64,000 nucleotides of DNA from an uncultured Clostridia bacterium (GTDB lineage: Bacteria > Bacillota > Clostridia > Christensenellales > UBA3700), in NCBI GenBank assembly GCA_947646415.1, contig CANSGN010000001.1, positions 3,945 to 67,944 on the forward strand, read 5' to 3'. The notes under the pieces were generated by a model. It was not told where the DNA came from. It saw nothing but the letters and a program-made list of their open reading frames with translations, and searched no databases. The translations under genes were made by a program, and so were the position numbers. Positions 28,153 to 37,300 of this stretch are shown one piece after another. Each line of letters begins with the position of its first letter. Positions within the stretch are counted from its first letter, which is position 1.

Positions 28153-31100
28153 ATGTTAAAATACAAACAAAAAATATTAATTACGCTATTAGCGATTATT
28201 ATGTTGCTAATATGTGGCGTGATGATTTTGATTAATGCAAATATTGCGAAAGCAGAGGAAAACAGCTTTAATATAGAAGATTATACTAATAGTAATGAAT
28301 TTTACTATAATAATAGTACACGTAATATTGTAAATTATTTAGGTAATTTGTATGAGCCATATAATTTAACATACAGTGAATTACCAGATTTATACGGAAG
28401 TACAATAAAAAATTCAATAAACGGAATAATGGTTAGCGGAGATGACCCAATAGTGGGGATTGTTCCCAAAGAATTGTTAAAAAAGCCCAATCAACATTAT
28501 ACATATATGGGTAAAGAATATGGGCTTTTTGTAAAAACAGAAACGTTAGGTAATAATGTGTTATCAAATGTTATAGTTTATGATATTATTAATGATGACG
28601 ATTATGTCAAAAATAAAAGTCACATGAAATTTAGTATAAAAGTTTTGTTTCAAAGGGAATATTTGTATGTAGCAAATGCAGGGGACTATATGATAAAAAC
28701 AAGACGTTTTTTGCCTATAGTCCCGGGGGATAAAGTAATATATAAATTGAGTGAAAATATTGATACAACCTTTGTTTTACATGCACAACAGTCTGACTTG
28801 GTAATGCCAATGCCGTATTTTTTGGATAGTAATACAATGGTTTTATGTGACAGCCAACGGTATATAGTGCAAGACATTGTAAGTACAGTTGCATTATTTA
28901 ACGAGCAACACTTGAACGACGGAGACGAGGGATATAGCCCAAGGCTTGATATGGGTAAATTTATAACTCAAATAGATGGTGGTTATAAAGCAACGGTTTA
29001 TGATGTCAACGAAAAAAGCTTTTTTGAGGAACTGTTTAAAACAACTTTAATTGTAAAAGTGTGCGATGGGTTGGAATATGGCTTTGAAAAATTAGGATAT
29101 GGTGCATTGTGGGGATTGGGAGAGTTTGCTGCCGATGCTTATGATGCGTACATGGAAACAGCAGATAGATTACAACAGCTTACAAGAAATTTTACATATA
29201 TTTGCAAGGGTACAACAAGTCAAGAACAATTAGAACTTACAGGACAGTTGGCAAAATTCGGATTGTCTACACTTCAGTTTTTTAACGATGGTCAGTTTGG
29301 ACAAGGAAGCTATATGTTTTATGACGAGGGCGATTTTTACGAGGCAGATTATCAAATAGGATATACACCCGTATTGGATGAGTACAATCGATATAAGACG
29401 CCTTGGGAAGCAAGATTGGTAAGAGGATTTTCGTTAAAATTTGTTGACAGCAATGATAAATCTAATATAACAACATCTAGTGGAGTATACGATTTTTATT
29501 TAGCTGACAAAGAACATAAAGAATACTTAGGCTATCCTATTGCTAATAATACTGAGCACGTATCGATTTTGCCGGGTGGAAAAAATTTGTTGGCGTTTAT
29601 GCCTATTTTGCATTCCGGCAAATATAAATTAACTACTGTTGGTGCCAATGCACCGGTTAAATTATCTGTTAACATGGGAGGTATTGGCAGCACACAAGTA
29701 TATAACCAACATTTTGAAAATATAAATGAAAATGATATAGTTTTTGAGTTTGAAATTAAACAAGGGTCTATTTATGTTTTTGAGGTGCAATTTTTGGATA
29801 AACTACAGCAAGGTAATTTTGATGTTACATTGGAGTTTGTTCCTCAGGAATTGACTTGGGGAAATAATGAGGTATATGTTGATAATTTGCATGAAAGTTA
29901 TAGGATATACAGCGAAAAAACTTCTTATTTGGAATCAACTGTTTCAAAACCAAATTGGGGATGTGTTTTATATGATAAAAATTTAAAACAAATTTCTGAT
30001 TATAGATCGCTTAACAAAGATGAGTATCATTATATTCGTGTCGGAAGAGATTTTAATGTGGATTCTGCAGTGACTATTAATTTAAGACAGTATATAAACA
30101 TAAAATTAGAAAATATTGATAATATAGATAAATATTTATATCCATATTCAACGTATTATTTTGATTCGGATTTAGTACTTCCTACACCTACCAAAAACGG
30201 GTATGAATTTGAAGGATGGTGGACAAGCGTATATGATTTTGGAGAGTTGGTAACAAGTGAAAATATCGAAGATTTTGATGTAAGAGATATTACCTTATAT
30301 GCAAAATGGAAATCCATAACCTACAATGTACGGTATGTAACTAATGGTGGTAGCGGGATAGAAATGGATACCTACATATCTAACAATAGTTATCAGTTGC
30401 GTACCGATACATATAAGGATGGATATGTTTTGTACGGTTGGTACGATAACCCTGAATTTACAGGCGATAGAATAGAAGTAATTGAAAAGGGAAGTGTAGG
30501 AGATAAAGTTTTTTATGCAAGGTGGATAAAAAATGAATTTATAGTAACTCTTGACATTAACAAAAGTGCGACCGAGAATGTTGAAGCGCAGTTAGACACT
30601 AAGACGATTTTTGTAAATTATAATAACTATTTTACTCTTCCTGTGCCACGCATTGATGAATACGATTTTGATGGTTGGTATTATGGGGATATACAAATAA
30701 CCAATAAAAACGGAGAAAGTTATAGCAAGTTTACTTTTGAGCAAGATATTGAGTTGACTGCAGGTTGGACAAGAAATACATTCTTTATTTGTATGAATGA
30801 CGACGGCAACATACTATGGCTTGCAAAAGAAAACGGCGAGTACTATTTTACGGATAAAATTGCCGGCTTGAAAAAAGAAGATGAAATGTGCCCGAGTTGT
30901 TACATAAAATCACAATTACAGAACAATTCGGGCAGTGAATATACAAAAAATATAAAGGGACAACTGTTTAAGTCAGGACATATTTATAGGACAATGGCTT
31001 TAGAGCCTAAAAAAATAATTAGGGGCGAAGAGTTTGACGAGAACTTATGTTGTTGGAAACTTATTAACTTTATCCAAAACAATAAAAATAAGATAATTAA

Positions 31101-33117
31101 TATTTATCCTGTTTATGAGTTAGAAAGTTATACCGTAATGTTTGATATGAATGACAATTCGCAAGATATCGTAACAAAAACAGTTTATTATGGCGATAGT
31201 ATGACTCAATTTGAAATACCAACTAAGTTAGGTTATACTTTTGAAAATTGGGTAGTAAAAAACTTTGCAAATTATTATACAGAATATGGGTATGTTGCAA
31301 AAAATTTCCCTGCAGGGTTTATATTCCCTCAGGAAATGCCAGATTTAACAGCAGGAATTGAAAATTTTGTTCAACCTAGCATTATGTTAGCACCAAAATA
31401 TTTATCCAATGAGTATACGGTTAGATTTGCAGGAGAAAATATCTATTTTGATGCTAAAAAAGTACTTTTTGGCAAGAGCTATAGTAATAATGATAGAAAT
31501 GCTTTTCCGATTCCAATGAAAACCGGTTATTATTTTGATGGTTGGTACAGTGGAACAAACGGAACAGGTAAAAAAGTCGTGAACGAGTATGGTGCTATTG
31601 ACAGTTGGAATATTGCTAACGATTGTACTTTGTATGCATACTTTACGCCGATTCACTATCAAATGAGATTTGATTTTTGCGGTGGTAACGGAGATGTAAG
31701 TGCATTGGAAGTAATTTTTGACCAACCTTTACCTAATACTATTGCACCGACTAGGACAGGGTATACATTTGCAGGTTATTTTGATAGAACTGATGGTAAC
31801 GGAACTCTATACTATAATCAAAATATGGTTGGAATGATGACTTGGACAAATACGGAAAGTAAAACGCTTTATGCACATTGGACGGCAAATACTTATACAG
31901 TTAATTTAAACAATCAAGGTGGTAACGGCGGGGATGTACAGTTTACAGTAACCTACGGACAACCATTGCCGGATAATTTAGAAGCACCGTCAAAAATGGG
32001 AAATTATTTTAGAGGTTATTATTCCGATTATGATGGTCGCGGTACGTATTATTTGGATAGTACAATGAAATCAATGAATAATTGGGCTATAGCTCACGAC
32101 ACTACATTATATGCTAAATGGGAAGTTCGTTATTTAAACATAACAGTAAGATATGAGTATGTGGAAGACGATGTATTTAAAACATTAGCAACAAGAGATA
32201 TTGTACTTGCAGGAGATGAAACACTTTACTTTGATGCTCCTGTATATGAGGGATTTACGTTTGAAAAGTGGAGGGCACATGGCAGTGACAGCAAAGATTT
32301 ATCACAAGTTCCACGAAAAGTATTAGCACAAGCAGAAACTTCTAATGCTATATCAATAAATTTTGATTATTACAAAAAACTTATGAATTATAGGTACCTA
32401 TTCTTATGTGCTCACTATCAAAAAAATAACTGCATAGCAGAGGGCTCAATGATAACTCTTGCCGATGGTAGTCAAAAGGCTGTTGAAGATTTGACAGGAA
32501 ACGAACAATTATTGGTTTGGAACTTGATGACAGGAAAATTTGATACTGCACCTATTTTGTTTATTGATAGTGACTCCGAAAGTAAATATCAAGTTGTCAA
32601 CTTGCATTTTTCGGACGGAACTATCGTTAAAGTAATTTCCGAACATGCTTTTTGGGATTTTGATTTGAACAAATATGTTTTTTTAAGGAGTGACGCAGAT
32701 AAATATATCGGGCATTGGTTTAACAAACAAATAACCAATAGTAATGGCGATATGGCTTGGACAAAGGTGCAGTTGACAAATGTGCAAATTACAAGTGAAA
32801 AAACGAGGGCTTTTAGTCCTGTTACATACAGCCATTTGTGTTATTATGTCAATGGAATGCTTTCAATACCCGGTGCTACCGAGGGGTTGATTAACATTTT
32901 TGAAGTTGACAGTCAAACAATGCAGATAGATATCGAAAAATTTAATGCTGATATTGAAAGATATGGTTTATACAGTTATGAGGAGTTTTCTCAAATCGTA
33001 CCTGTCACTGAAGAAGTATTTAATGCTTTTAACGGACAATATTTGAAAGTTGCTATTGGAAAAGGCTTAACAACAATAGAAAAACTTCAAAATTTAGTCG
33101 CAGTTTATTTTAATTAA
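28153..33117 (+). CDS. 1654-aa secreted/anchored protein: unknown N-terminal region, about 8 Listeria/Bacteroides-type (Flg_new-like) repeats, C-terminal Hint (intein-like) domain plus 68-aa tail
   Basis: N-terminal TM/signal segment ILITLLAIIMLLICGVMILI. Repeats of the GY.F.GWY...G type (GYEFEGWW, GYVLYGWYDNPEFTG, GYYFDGWYSGTNGTG, GYTFAGYFDRTDGNG and others) span about 30170-32290. The Hint-like block starts at Cys1427 (32431): CIAEGSMITLADGSQKAVEDL...VISEHAFW... Confidence 0.8.
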   Translation: MLKYKQKILITLLAIIMLLICGVMILINANIAKAEENSFNIEDYTNSNEFYYNNSTRNIVNYLGNLYEPYNLTYSELPDLYGSTIKNSINGIMVSGDDPIVGIVPKELLKKPNQHYTYMGKEYGLFVKTETLGNNVLSNVIVYDIINDDDYVKNKSHMKFSIKVLFQREYLYVANAGDYMIKTRRFLPIVPGDKVIYKLSENIDTTFVLHAQQSDLVMPMPYFLDSNTMVLCDSQRYIVQDIVSTVALFNEQHLNDGDEGYSPRLDMGKFITQIDGGYKATVYDVNEKSFFEELFKTTLIVKVCDGLEYGFEKLGYGALWGLGEFAADAYDAYMETADRLQQLTRNFTYICKGTTSQEQLELTGQLAKFGLSTLQFFNDGQFGQGSYMFYDEGDFYEADYQIGYTPVLDEYNRYKTPWEARLVRGFSLKFVDSNDKSNITTSSGVYDFYLADKEHKEYLGYPIANNTEHVSILPGGKNLLAFMPILHSGKYKLTTVGANAPVKLSVNMGGIGSTQVYNQHFENINENDIVFEFEIKQGSIYVFEVQFLDKLQQGNFDVTLEFVPQELTWGNNEVYVDNLHESYRIYSEKTSYLESTVSKPNWGCVLYDKNLKQISDYRSLNKDEYHYIRVGRDFNVDSAVTINLRQYINIKLENIDNIDKYLYPYSTYYFDSDLVLPTPTKNGYEFEGWWTSVYDFGELVTSENIEDFDVRDITLYAKWKSITYNVRYVTNGGSGIEMDTYISNNSYQLRTDTYKDGYVLYGWYDNPEFTGDRIEVIEKGSVGDKVFYARWIKNEFIVTLDINKSATENVEAQLDTKTIFVNYNNYFTLPVPRIDEYDFDGWYYGDIQITNKNGESYSKFTFEQDIELTAGWTRNTFFICMNDDGNILWLAKENGEYYFTDKIAGLKKEDEMCPSCYIKSQLQNNSGSEYTKNIKGQLFKSGHIYRTMALEPKKIIRGEEFDENLCCWKLINFIQNNKNKIINIYPVYELESYTVMFDMNDNSQDIVTKTVYYGDSMTQFEIPTKLGYTFENWVVKNFANYYTEYGYVAKNFPAGFIFPQEMPDLTAGIENFVQPSIMLAPKYLSNEYTVRFAGENIYFDAKKVLFGKSYSNNDRNAFPIPMKTGYYFDGWYSGTNGTGKKVVNEYGAIDSWNIANDCTLYAYFTPIHYQMRFDFCGGNGDVSALEVIFDQPLPNTIAPTRTGYTFAGYFDRTDGNGTLYYNQNMVGMMTWTNTESKTLYAHWTANTYTVNLNNQGGNGGDVQFTVTYGQPLPDNLEAPSKMGNYFRGYYSDYDGRGTYYLDSTMKSMNNWAIAHDTTLYAKWEVRYLNITVRYEYVEDDVFKTLATRDIVLAGDETLYFDAPVYEGFTFEKWRAHGSDSKDLSQVPRKVLAQAETSNAISINFDYYKKLMNYRYLFLCAHYQKNNCIAEGSMITLADGSQKAVEDLTGNEQLLVWNLMTGKFDTAPILFIDSDSESKYQVVNLHFSDGTIVKVISEHAFWDFDLNKYVFLRSDADKYIGHWFNKQITNSNGDMAWTKVQLTNVQITSEKTRAFSPVTYSHLCYYVNGMLSIPGATEGLINIFEVDSQTMQIDIEKFNADIERYGLYSYEEFSQIVPVTEEVFNAFNGQYLKVAIGKGLTTIEKLQNLVAVYFN

Positions 33118-33122
33118 ACCAC

Positions 33123-33158
33123 AAACTCACAGGAAAGATTTTACCTGTGAGTTTTTTT
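33123..33158 (+). terminator. intrinsic terminator after the giant gene
   Basis: aaactcacagg (33123-33133) pairs with cctgtgagttt (33144-33154), followed by a T-run. Confidence 0.85.
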
Positions 33159-33455
33159 ATTTTATTGCATTATTTCAATTATATTAAATGCATATGTTTT
33201 ATGCCAAACCATAATTGACAGTTTTGCCAATATATGGTAAAATATTATCAATAAGTTTGAAATTGTAGGAATTAAACTTAGGAAATTAAGACATTTTTTG
33301 GCAGCTAACTAAAAAAAGCATACAAAACTGCCAAAAAGAAAAATATCAAATTATCACAAAATGTGCGGAAATATTTTTAGAAAAATTAAAAGCAGAATTG
33401 AAAAATTAATGTTAGATGTTTTTAAATTGTGTATTTAAAATATAAATTAAATTGT

Positions 33456-33716
33456 TTAATTGTTTAGGGCATTGGCAAATTTTTTGCCAATGTCTATCCC
33501 ACATTCAAAATGGAAATTGTTTGTTTCTGTTATATATTTTGTGTACGTTTCTAAAATATTTTTTAACTCGTTTGATTGCTCGTCAGAGAGTGTTTTTTGA
33601 AATTTTGCTAATAAATTATCAAGTTCTTCCTGCGTATCTATTATATTTTTAGGCTGGTTTTCCAATATTTGGAGTAATTTGCCACTTATTATTTCGTAAA
33701 TTTGTTCACTTATCAT
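33456..33716 (-). CDS. 86-aa hypothetical helical protein
   Basis: Clean ORF divergent from the XRE gene. No recognisable motif. Confidence 0.45.
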   Translation of the reverse strand: MISEQIYEIISGKLLQILENQPKNIIDTQEELDNLLAKFQKTLSDEQSNELKNILETYTKYITETNNFHFECGIDIGKKFANALNN

Positions 33717-33861
33717 TATTTTCTCCGAATGTATTTCTTTTTATATTGTAACTCATTTGAAATACTAAGTCAAGATGTTAGTCTTATATAACTAAAGTTG
33801 TTTATATAAAAGTTTATTATAGTATATAATATAAACATTAATATCTGGGAGCTGGAAAAAT

Positions 33862-34221
33862 ATGGAAATTAAAGAGAAAATTAGAGATATTATGATTGAA
33901 AGAGGTTATACTATTTATTCTTTATCTAAGGCAACTGAATTATCTCAAACTAGTATTGCAAATTGGTTTAATAAAGTTAACAACGAGCCTAGTATTTCCG
34001 CATTGGAAAAAGTTTGTAAGGCGTTTGATATTACTATGGCAGAGTTGTTCGCAAAAGATAGCGACACTTTATTGCCGTGCAAGGAGGAATTTAGAGATAT
34101 TTACAACAAACTATTAAGGTTGACACCTAAACAAAGGCATGCAGTGCTGGTACATATTGATAGTTATTTATATGCAAATAACCGAAAAACATCTAAAGAT
34201 GTAAATTGCTCGGATGTTTGA
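33862..34221 (+). CDS. XRE-family helix-turn-helix transcriptional regulator
   Basis: ...YTIYSLSKATELSQTSIANWFNK...SISALEKVCKAFDITMAELF is a classic HTH_3 pattern. Confidence 0.8.
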   Translation: MEIKEKIRDIMIERGYTIYSLSKATELSQTSIANWFNKVNNEPSISALEKVCKAFDITMAELFAKDSDTLLPCKEEFRDIYNKLLRLTPKQRHAVLVHIDSYLYANNRKTSKDVNCSDV

Positions 34222-34268
34222 TATTTACTTTATTTAGCAAACATTAATTTTACAAGAGGGTTAACAGA

Positions 34269-34988
34269 ATGATTAACATAGCGATTTGCGATGACGATAA
34301 AACAATTATAGATACAATTTATAATGAGATACATACTATTGACCTTGATGGTGTTAAATTGAATGTCAGTACTTTTTTAGACGGCAATGATTTATTAAAA
34401 GCTTACAAAACTTCGGGGCAATTTAATATTGTTTTTATGGATATCGAGATTGGTGGCAGCAACGGCATTGAAATTATAGAGGAAATTCGCCGTTTTGATT
34501 CGGAGGTAATTGTCATTTTTGTGACAAGCTATCCTTATTATGTAGTAAAAGCGTTGCGTGTAGGAGCTTTTCAGTATTTAACAAAACCAATAGTACTAAG
34601 TGATTTGAAAAAAGATTTTATAAGAGCGGTCAATGTTTATAATAGTAAATACAGCGATTATAGATTTCAATCGAATGGCAATATCATAGTAAAACGCATT
34701 ATTGACATTTATGCAATAGAAGTTAAAAATAAAAAGATGTATGTTTATTTAGGCGATAAGATTTACGAGGAAGATGTTAGGTCGTCGCTAAAAGAAAAAG
34801 AGGATAAGTTTATCACACATCATTTTGTAAAATGCCATAAAAGTTATATGGTTAATATGTGGAAGATAAGTGAAATAAAAAAGGATGATATAATTTTGAA
34901 AAACGGTTACAGCATACCATTAAGTAGAAATTTTAGAAACTTTGTACTAGAAAAATTTAATGTTTTTATATCGAGGCAAAAAATATGA
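34269..34988 (+). CDS. LytTR-family response regulator (AgrA-like)
   Basis: Receiver domain MINIAICDDD...FMDIEI..., C-terminal LytTR-like part ...FVKCHKSYMVN...SIPLSR. 239 aa. Confidence 0.85.
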   Translation: MINIAICDDDKTIIDTIYNEIHTIDLDGVKLNVSTFLDGNDLLKAYKTSGQFNIVFMDIEIGGSNGIEIIEEIRRFDSEVIVIFVTSYPYYVVKALRVGAFQYLTKPIVLSDLKKDFIRAVNVYNSKYSDYRFQSNGNIIVKRIIDIYAIEVKNKKMYVYLGDKIYEEDVRSSLKEKEDKFITHHFVKCHKSYMVNMWKISEIKKDDIILKNGYSIPLSRNFRNFVLEKFNVFISRQKI

Positions 34989-36289
34989 ATGTAGTTTTTG
35001 TTATAGTAAAGATATTAAGTGTTATAATGGAGCTTTTTATTGTTGATTTTGTTTTTCGGTCACTTAGGGAAAACAGGCTGGATAAAATAAAAAGATTTTT
35101 GATATACGGCACTTTTATTATTGTTCGCTCTGTGGCGATTTGTTTTATAAATTTTACAATTATCAATTTACTGATTTCTTTTACTAATTGCTTTTTAATA
35201 TCCCTGTTTTACAAAATAAAATGGTTTAAAAGAGTTCTTGTTACTATTGCAATGACCTTAGGTTTTGTGTTGACTGAAATGTTGGTGGGTTTGATTGTAA
35301 GTAGCTTGACAAGTGCCTCTATTGTGGAAATTCAGTCAAATGTTGTGTTTTTTATAGAAAGTGTATTATGCTCCAAATTGGTAATGATGATTTTTGCGCA
35401 AGCAGTGCGATTGATTATCCGCAAAGATAGTTCTAAATTGTCCGTTGGTATGTATGCGGCACTATTTATTATGCCTGTTGCTACCTGCTTTATTGTGTTT
35501 GCAGCTTCCGAAGTTATTTATAAAAACAACGATTTGTATTTAACGATTATAATGATAGTAGGTGTGATAAGCATTTTAATCGCGAACTATATTTTGATGT
35601 ATGTTGCGGAGAAAAACGTCAAGCAAATCGTGGATGAGGCTACAAATGAGTTTTTAAAGCAAGAGCTTGTCCAACAACACAAATATTATGAAGATTTAAT
35701 ATCAAAATATAAATTCAATAATAAAAAAATACATGATATCGACAAACAACTGTTGGTATTAAACAGTATGATAAATGCTAACGGGTTTGAAAATGCAGGA
35801 CAAGAATTGTTAAAAGTCAATCAAATAGTCGAGGGCGCAAAAAGTATTGGATATACGGGTATAGCATCCATAGATGCTTTGCTTAATAACATAGAGGATA
35901 AAAGTAAGCAATATAATATACAATTTAAAAAGCATATTTTTATTGATGAAATTGTAAAAACAAACGAAATGGATTTTTGTTTGCTACTAGGTAATTTGCT
36001 TGATAATGCCATTGAAGAGTGTTTAAGATTAATTGAGGAAAATAAAACAGATTTATTTATGATATGCGACATCAAAAAGGTAGATAACTACCTAAATATA
36101 GTAGTAGAAAATTCGTGTAGGGAAAAGGAGACCTTAACTACTTCCAAATCAAATAAATATAAACACGGATACGGGTTGCATATTATTGACGAGATTGTGC
36201 AAAAATTTGACGGCAGCATAAAAAGAGAAAGAATTGACGGCGTGTTTACTACAATGATAATATTAAACACACATGTTAGGGCAGTATAA
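34985..36289 (+). CDS. AgrC-like membrane sensor histidine kinase (GHKL, HPK10 type)
   Basis: About 6 N-terminal TM helices, H-box KKIHDIDKQL, N-box GNLLDNAIEE, G-box HGYGLHIIDEIV. Start overlaps the regulator's stop. Confidence 0.85.
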   Translation: MNVVFVIVKILSVIMELFIVDFVFRSLRENRLDKIKRFLIYGTFIIVRSVAICFINFTIINLLISFTNCFLISLFYKIKWFKRVLVTIAMTLGFVLTEMLVGLIVSSLTSASIVEIQSNVVFFIESVLCSKLVMMIFAQAVRLIIRKDSSKLSVGMYAALFIMPVATCFIVFAASEVIYKNNDLYLTIIMIVGVISILIANYILMYVAEKNVKQIVDEATNEFLKQELVQQHKYYEDLISKYKFNNKKIHDIDKQLLVLNSMINANGFENAGQELLKVNQIVEGAKSIGYTGIASIDALLNNIEDKSKQYNIQFKKHIFIDEIVKTNEMDFCLLLGNLLDNAIEECLRLIEENKTDLFMICDIKKVDNYLNIVVENSCREKETLTTSKSNKYKHGYGLHIIDEIVQKFDGSIKRERIDGVFTTMIILNTHVRAV

Positions 36290-36357
36290 ATACGCGTTAG
36301 GACAAAAGTATTTGAAAACTTAATAAAACATGTTATTGTATACTAAAGGAGGCTTTA

Positions 36358-36948
36358 ATGCTTAAATTTCTATCGCATAAGATGACATGCTTTTTTATTA
36401 GAAAAAATGTAATTGAGCAATCTGAAGAAGAAACCTATGATTACTGTTTTGAAATATTACTTTCAACTTTAATGAATTTATTTTCAATTATTATAATTGC
36501 CGTTTGCACCCAAACATATCTATCAAGTTTTTTATTTATCGTTATTTTTATGATTATGCGTTCTTTGTCAGGTGGTTATCACGCTGACACCCATTTCAGA
36601 TGTTTTTTAATATTGTTGTTTGTTTATTCCGGTTTGATATTGTCTATTAAATTTTTACCAAATGTTTTTTTTATAAGCCTTATTTTTAATGTTTTTTCTT
36701 TAATTCTGTATCCAATATTAGCACCGGTAGAGCATTATAATAATCCTATGGATAAAATCAAAAAAAGAAAGTTGAAAGTCAAAAGCATATTAGCCTCTCT
36801 TATAATTATATGCGCAAGCAGTGTAATGGTATTTTTTACTCCGACCGAAATTATAGGTTTCACTATGGCATATACCAATTTTGTCGTAGTCATATCATGT
36901 CTTTTTTCGGTATTTAAAAACAAATTATTACATAATAAGGCAGGATAA
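36358..36948 (+). CDS. agrB: AgrB-like accessory gene regulator B (autoinducing-peptide maturation protease)
   Basis: Polytopic, 196 aa, with the conserved motif RSLSGGYHADTHFRC (catalytic His/Cys spacing as in AgrB). AAGGAGG RBS. Confidence 0.8.
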   Translation: MLKFLSHKMTCFFIRKNVIEQSEEETYDYCFEILLSTLMNLFSIIIIAVCTQTYLSSFLFIVIFMIMRSLSGGYHADTHFRCFLILLFVYSGLILSIKFLPNVFFISLIFNVFSLILYPILAPVEHYNNPMDKIKKRKLKVKSILASLIIICASSVMVFFTPTEIIGFTMAYTNFVVVISCLFSVFKNKLLHNKAG

Positions 36949-37027
36949 GTACCTGTCAGGACATAGTTATGGACTTTATTCGACAAAAGTGCTTTAATAA
37001 AGTAAATCAGCAAAGGAGGACATAAAT

Positions 37028-37177
37028 ATGAATGAGAAAAAAAATAACAAGTTTTTTTCTAAATGCGTAACAAAAGCAGCTTTAACTTTGGGCGAAAAAT
37101 CGGTAAGTTCCGCATGCTCATGGTGGTTCTGCCAACCTAAAGTGCCTGCTAGTATGCAAAAAACAGAGAAAAAATAA
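37028..37177 (+). CDS. agrD: AgrD-like autoinducing peptide precursor (49 aa)
   Basis: AGGAGG sits 7 nt before the ATG. Translation MNEKKNNKFFSKCVTKAALTLGEKSVSSACSWWFCQPKVPASMQKTEKK: amphipathic leader, Cys+4 core (CSWWF), then a QP..P charged tail, as in clostridial AgrD peptides (SACLWFTHQPEEP type). Lies directly after agrB. Too short for the ORF track. Confidence 0.7.
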   Translation: MNEKKNNKFFSKCVTKAALTLGEKSVSSACSWWFCQPKVPASMQKTEKK

Positions 37178-37214
37178 TTTATTTAATACTTTGAATTTAA
37201 AAGTAAATGTACGC

Positions 37215-37250
37215 AATAAACCGAGTGTTTTACTCGGTTTATTAAATATT
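37215..37250 (+). terminator. intrinsic terminator after agrD
   Basis: aataaaccgagt (37215-37226) pairs with actcggtttatt (37232-37243). Confidence 0.75.
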
Positions 37251-37300
37251 GTAAGCTATATTACAATATTTTAACTTAGTAAAAAATAAAGGAGAAAAAA

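Noticed and set aside
33896-34117. 73-aa ORF overlapping the XRE gene in another frame
   Set aside because: The 33862 frame gives a textbook HTH. The alternative frame has no motif or RBS.
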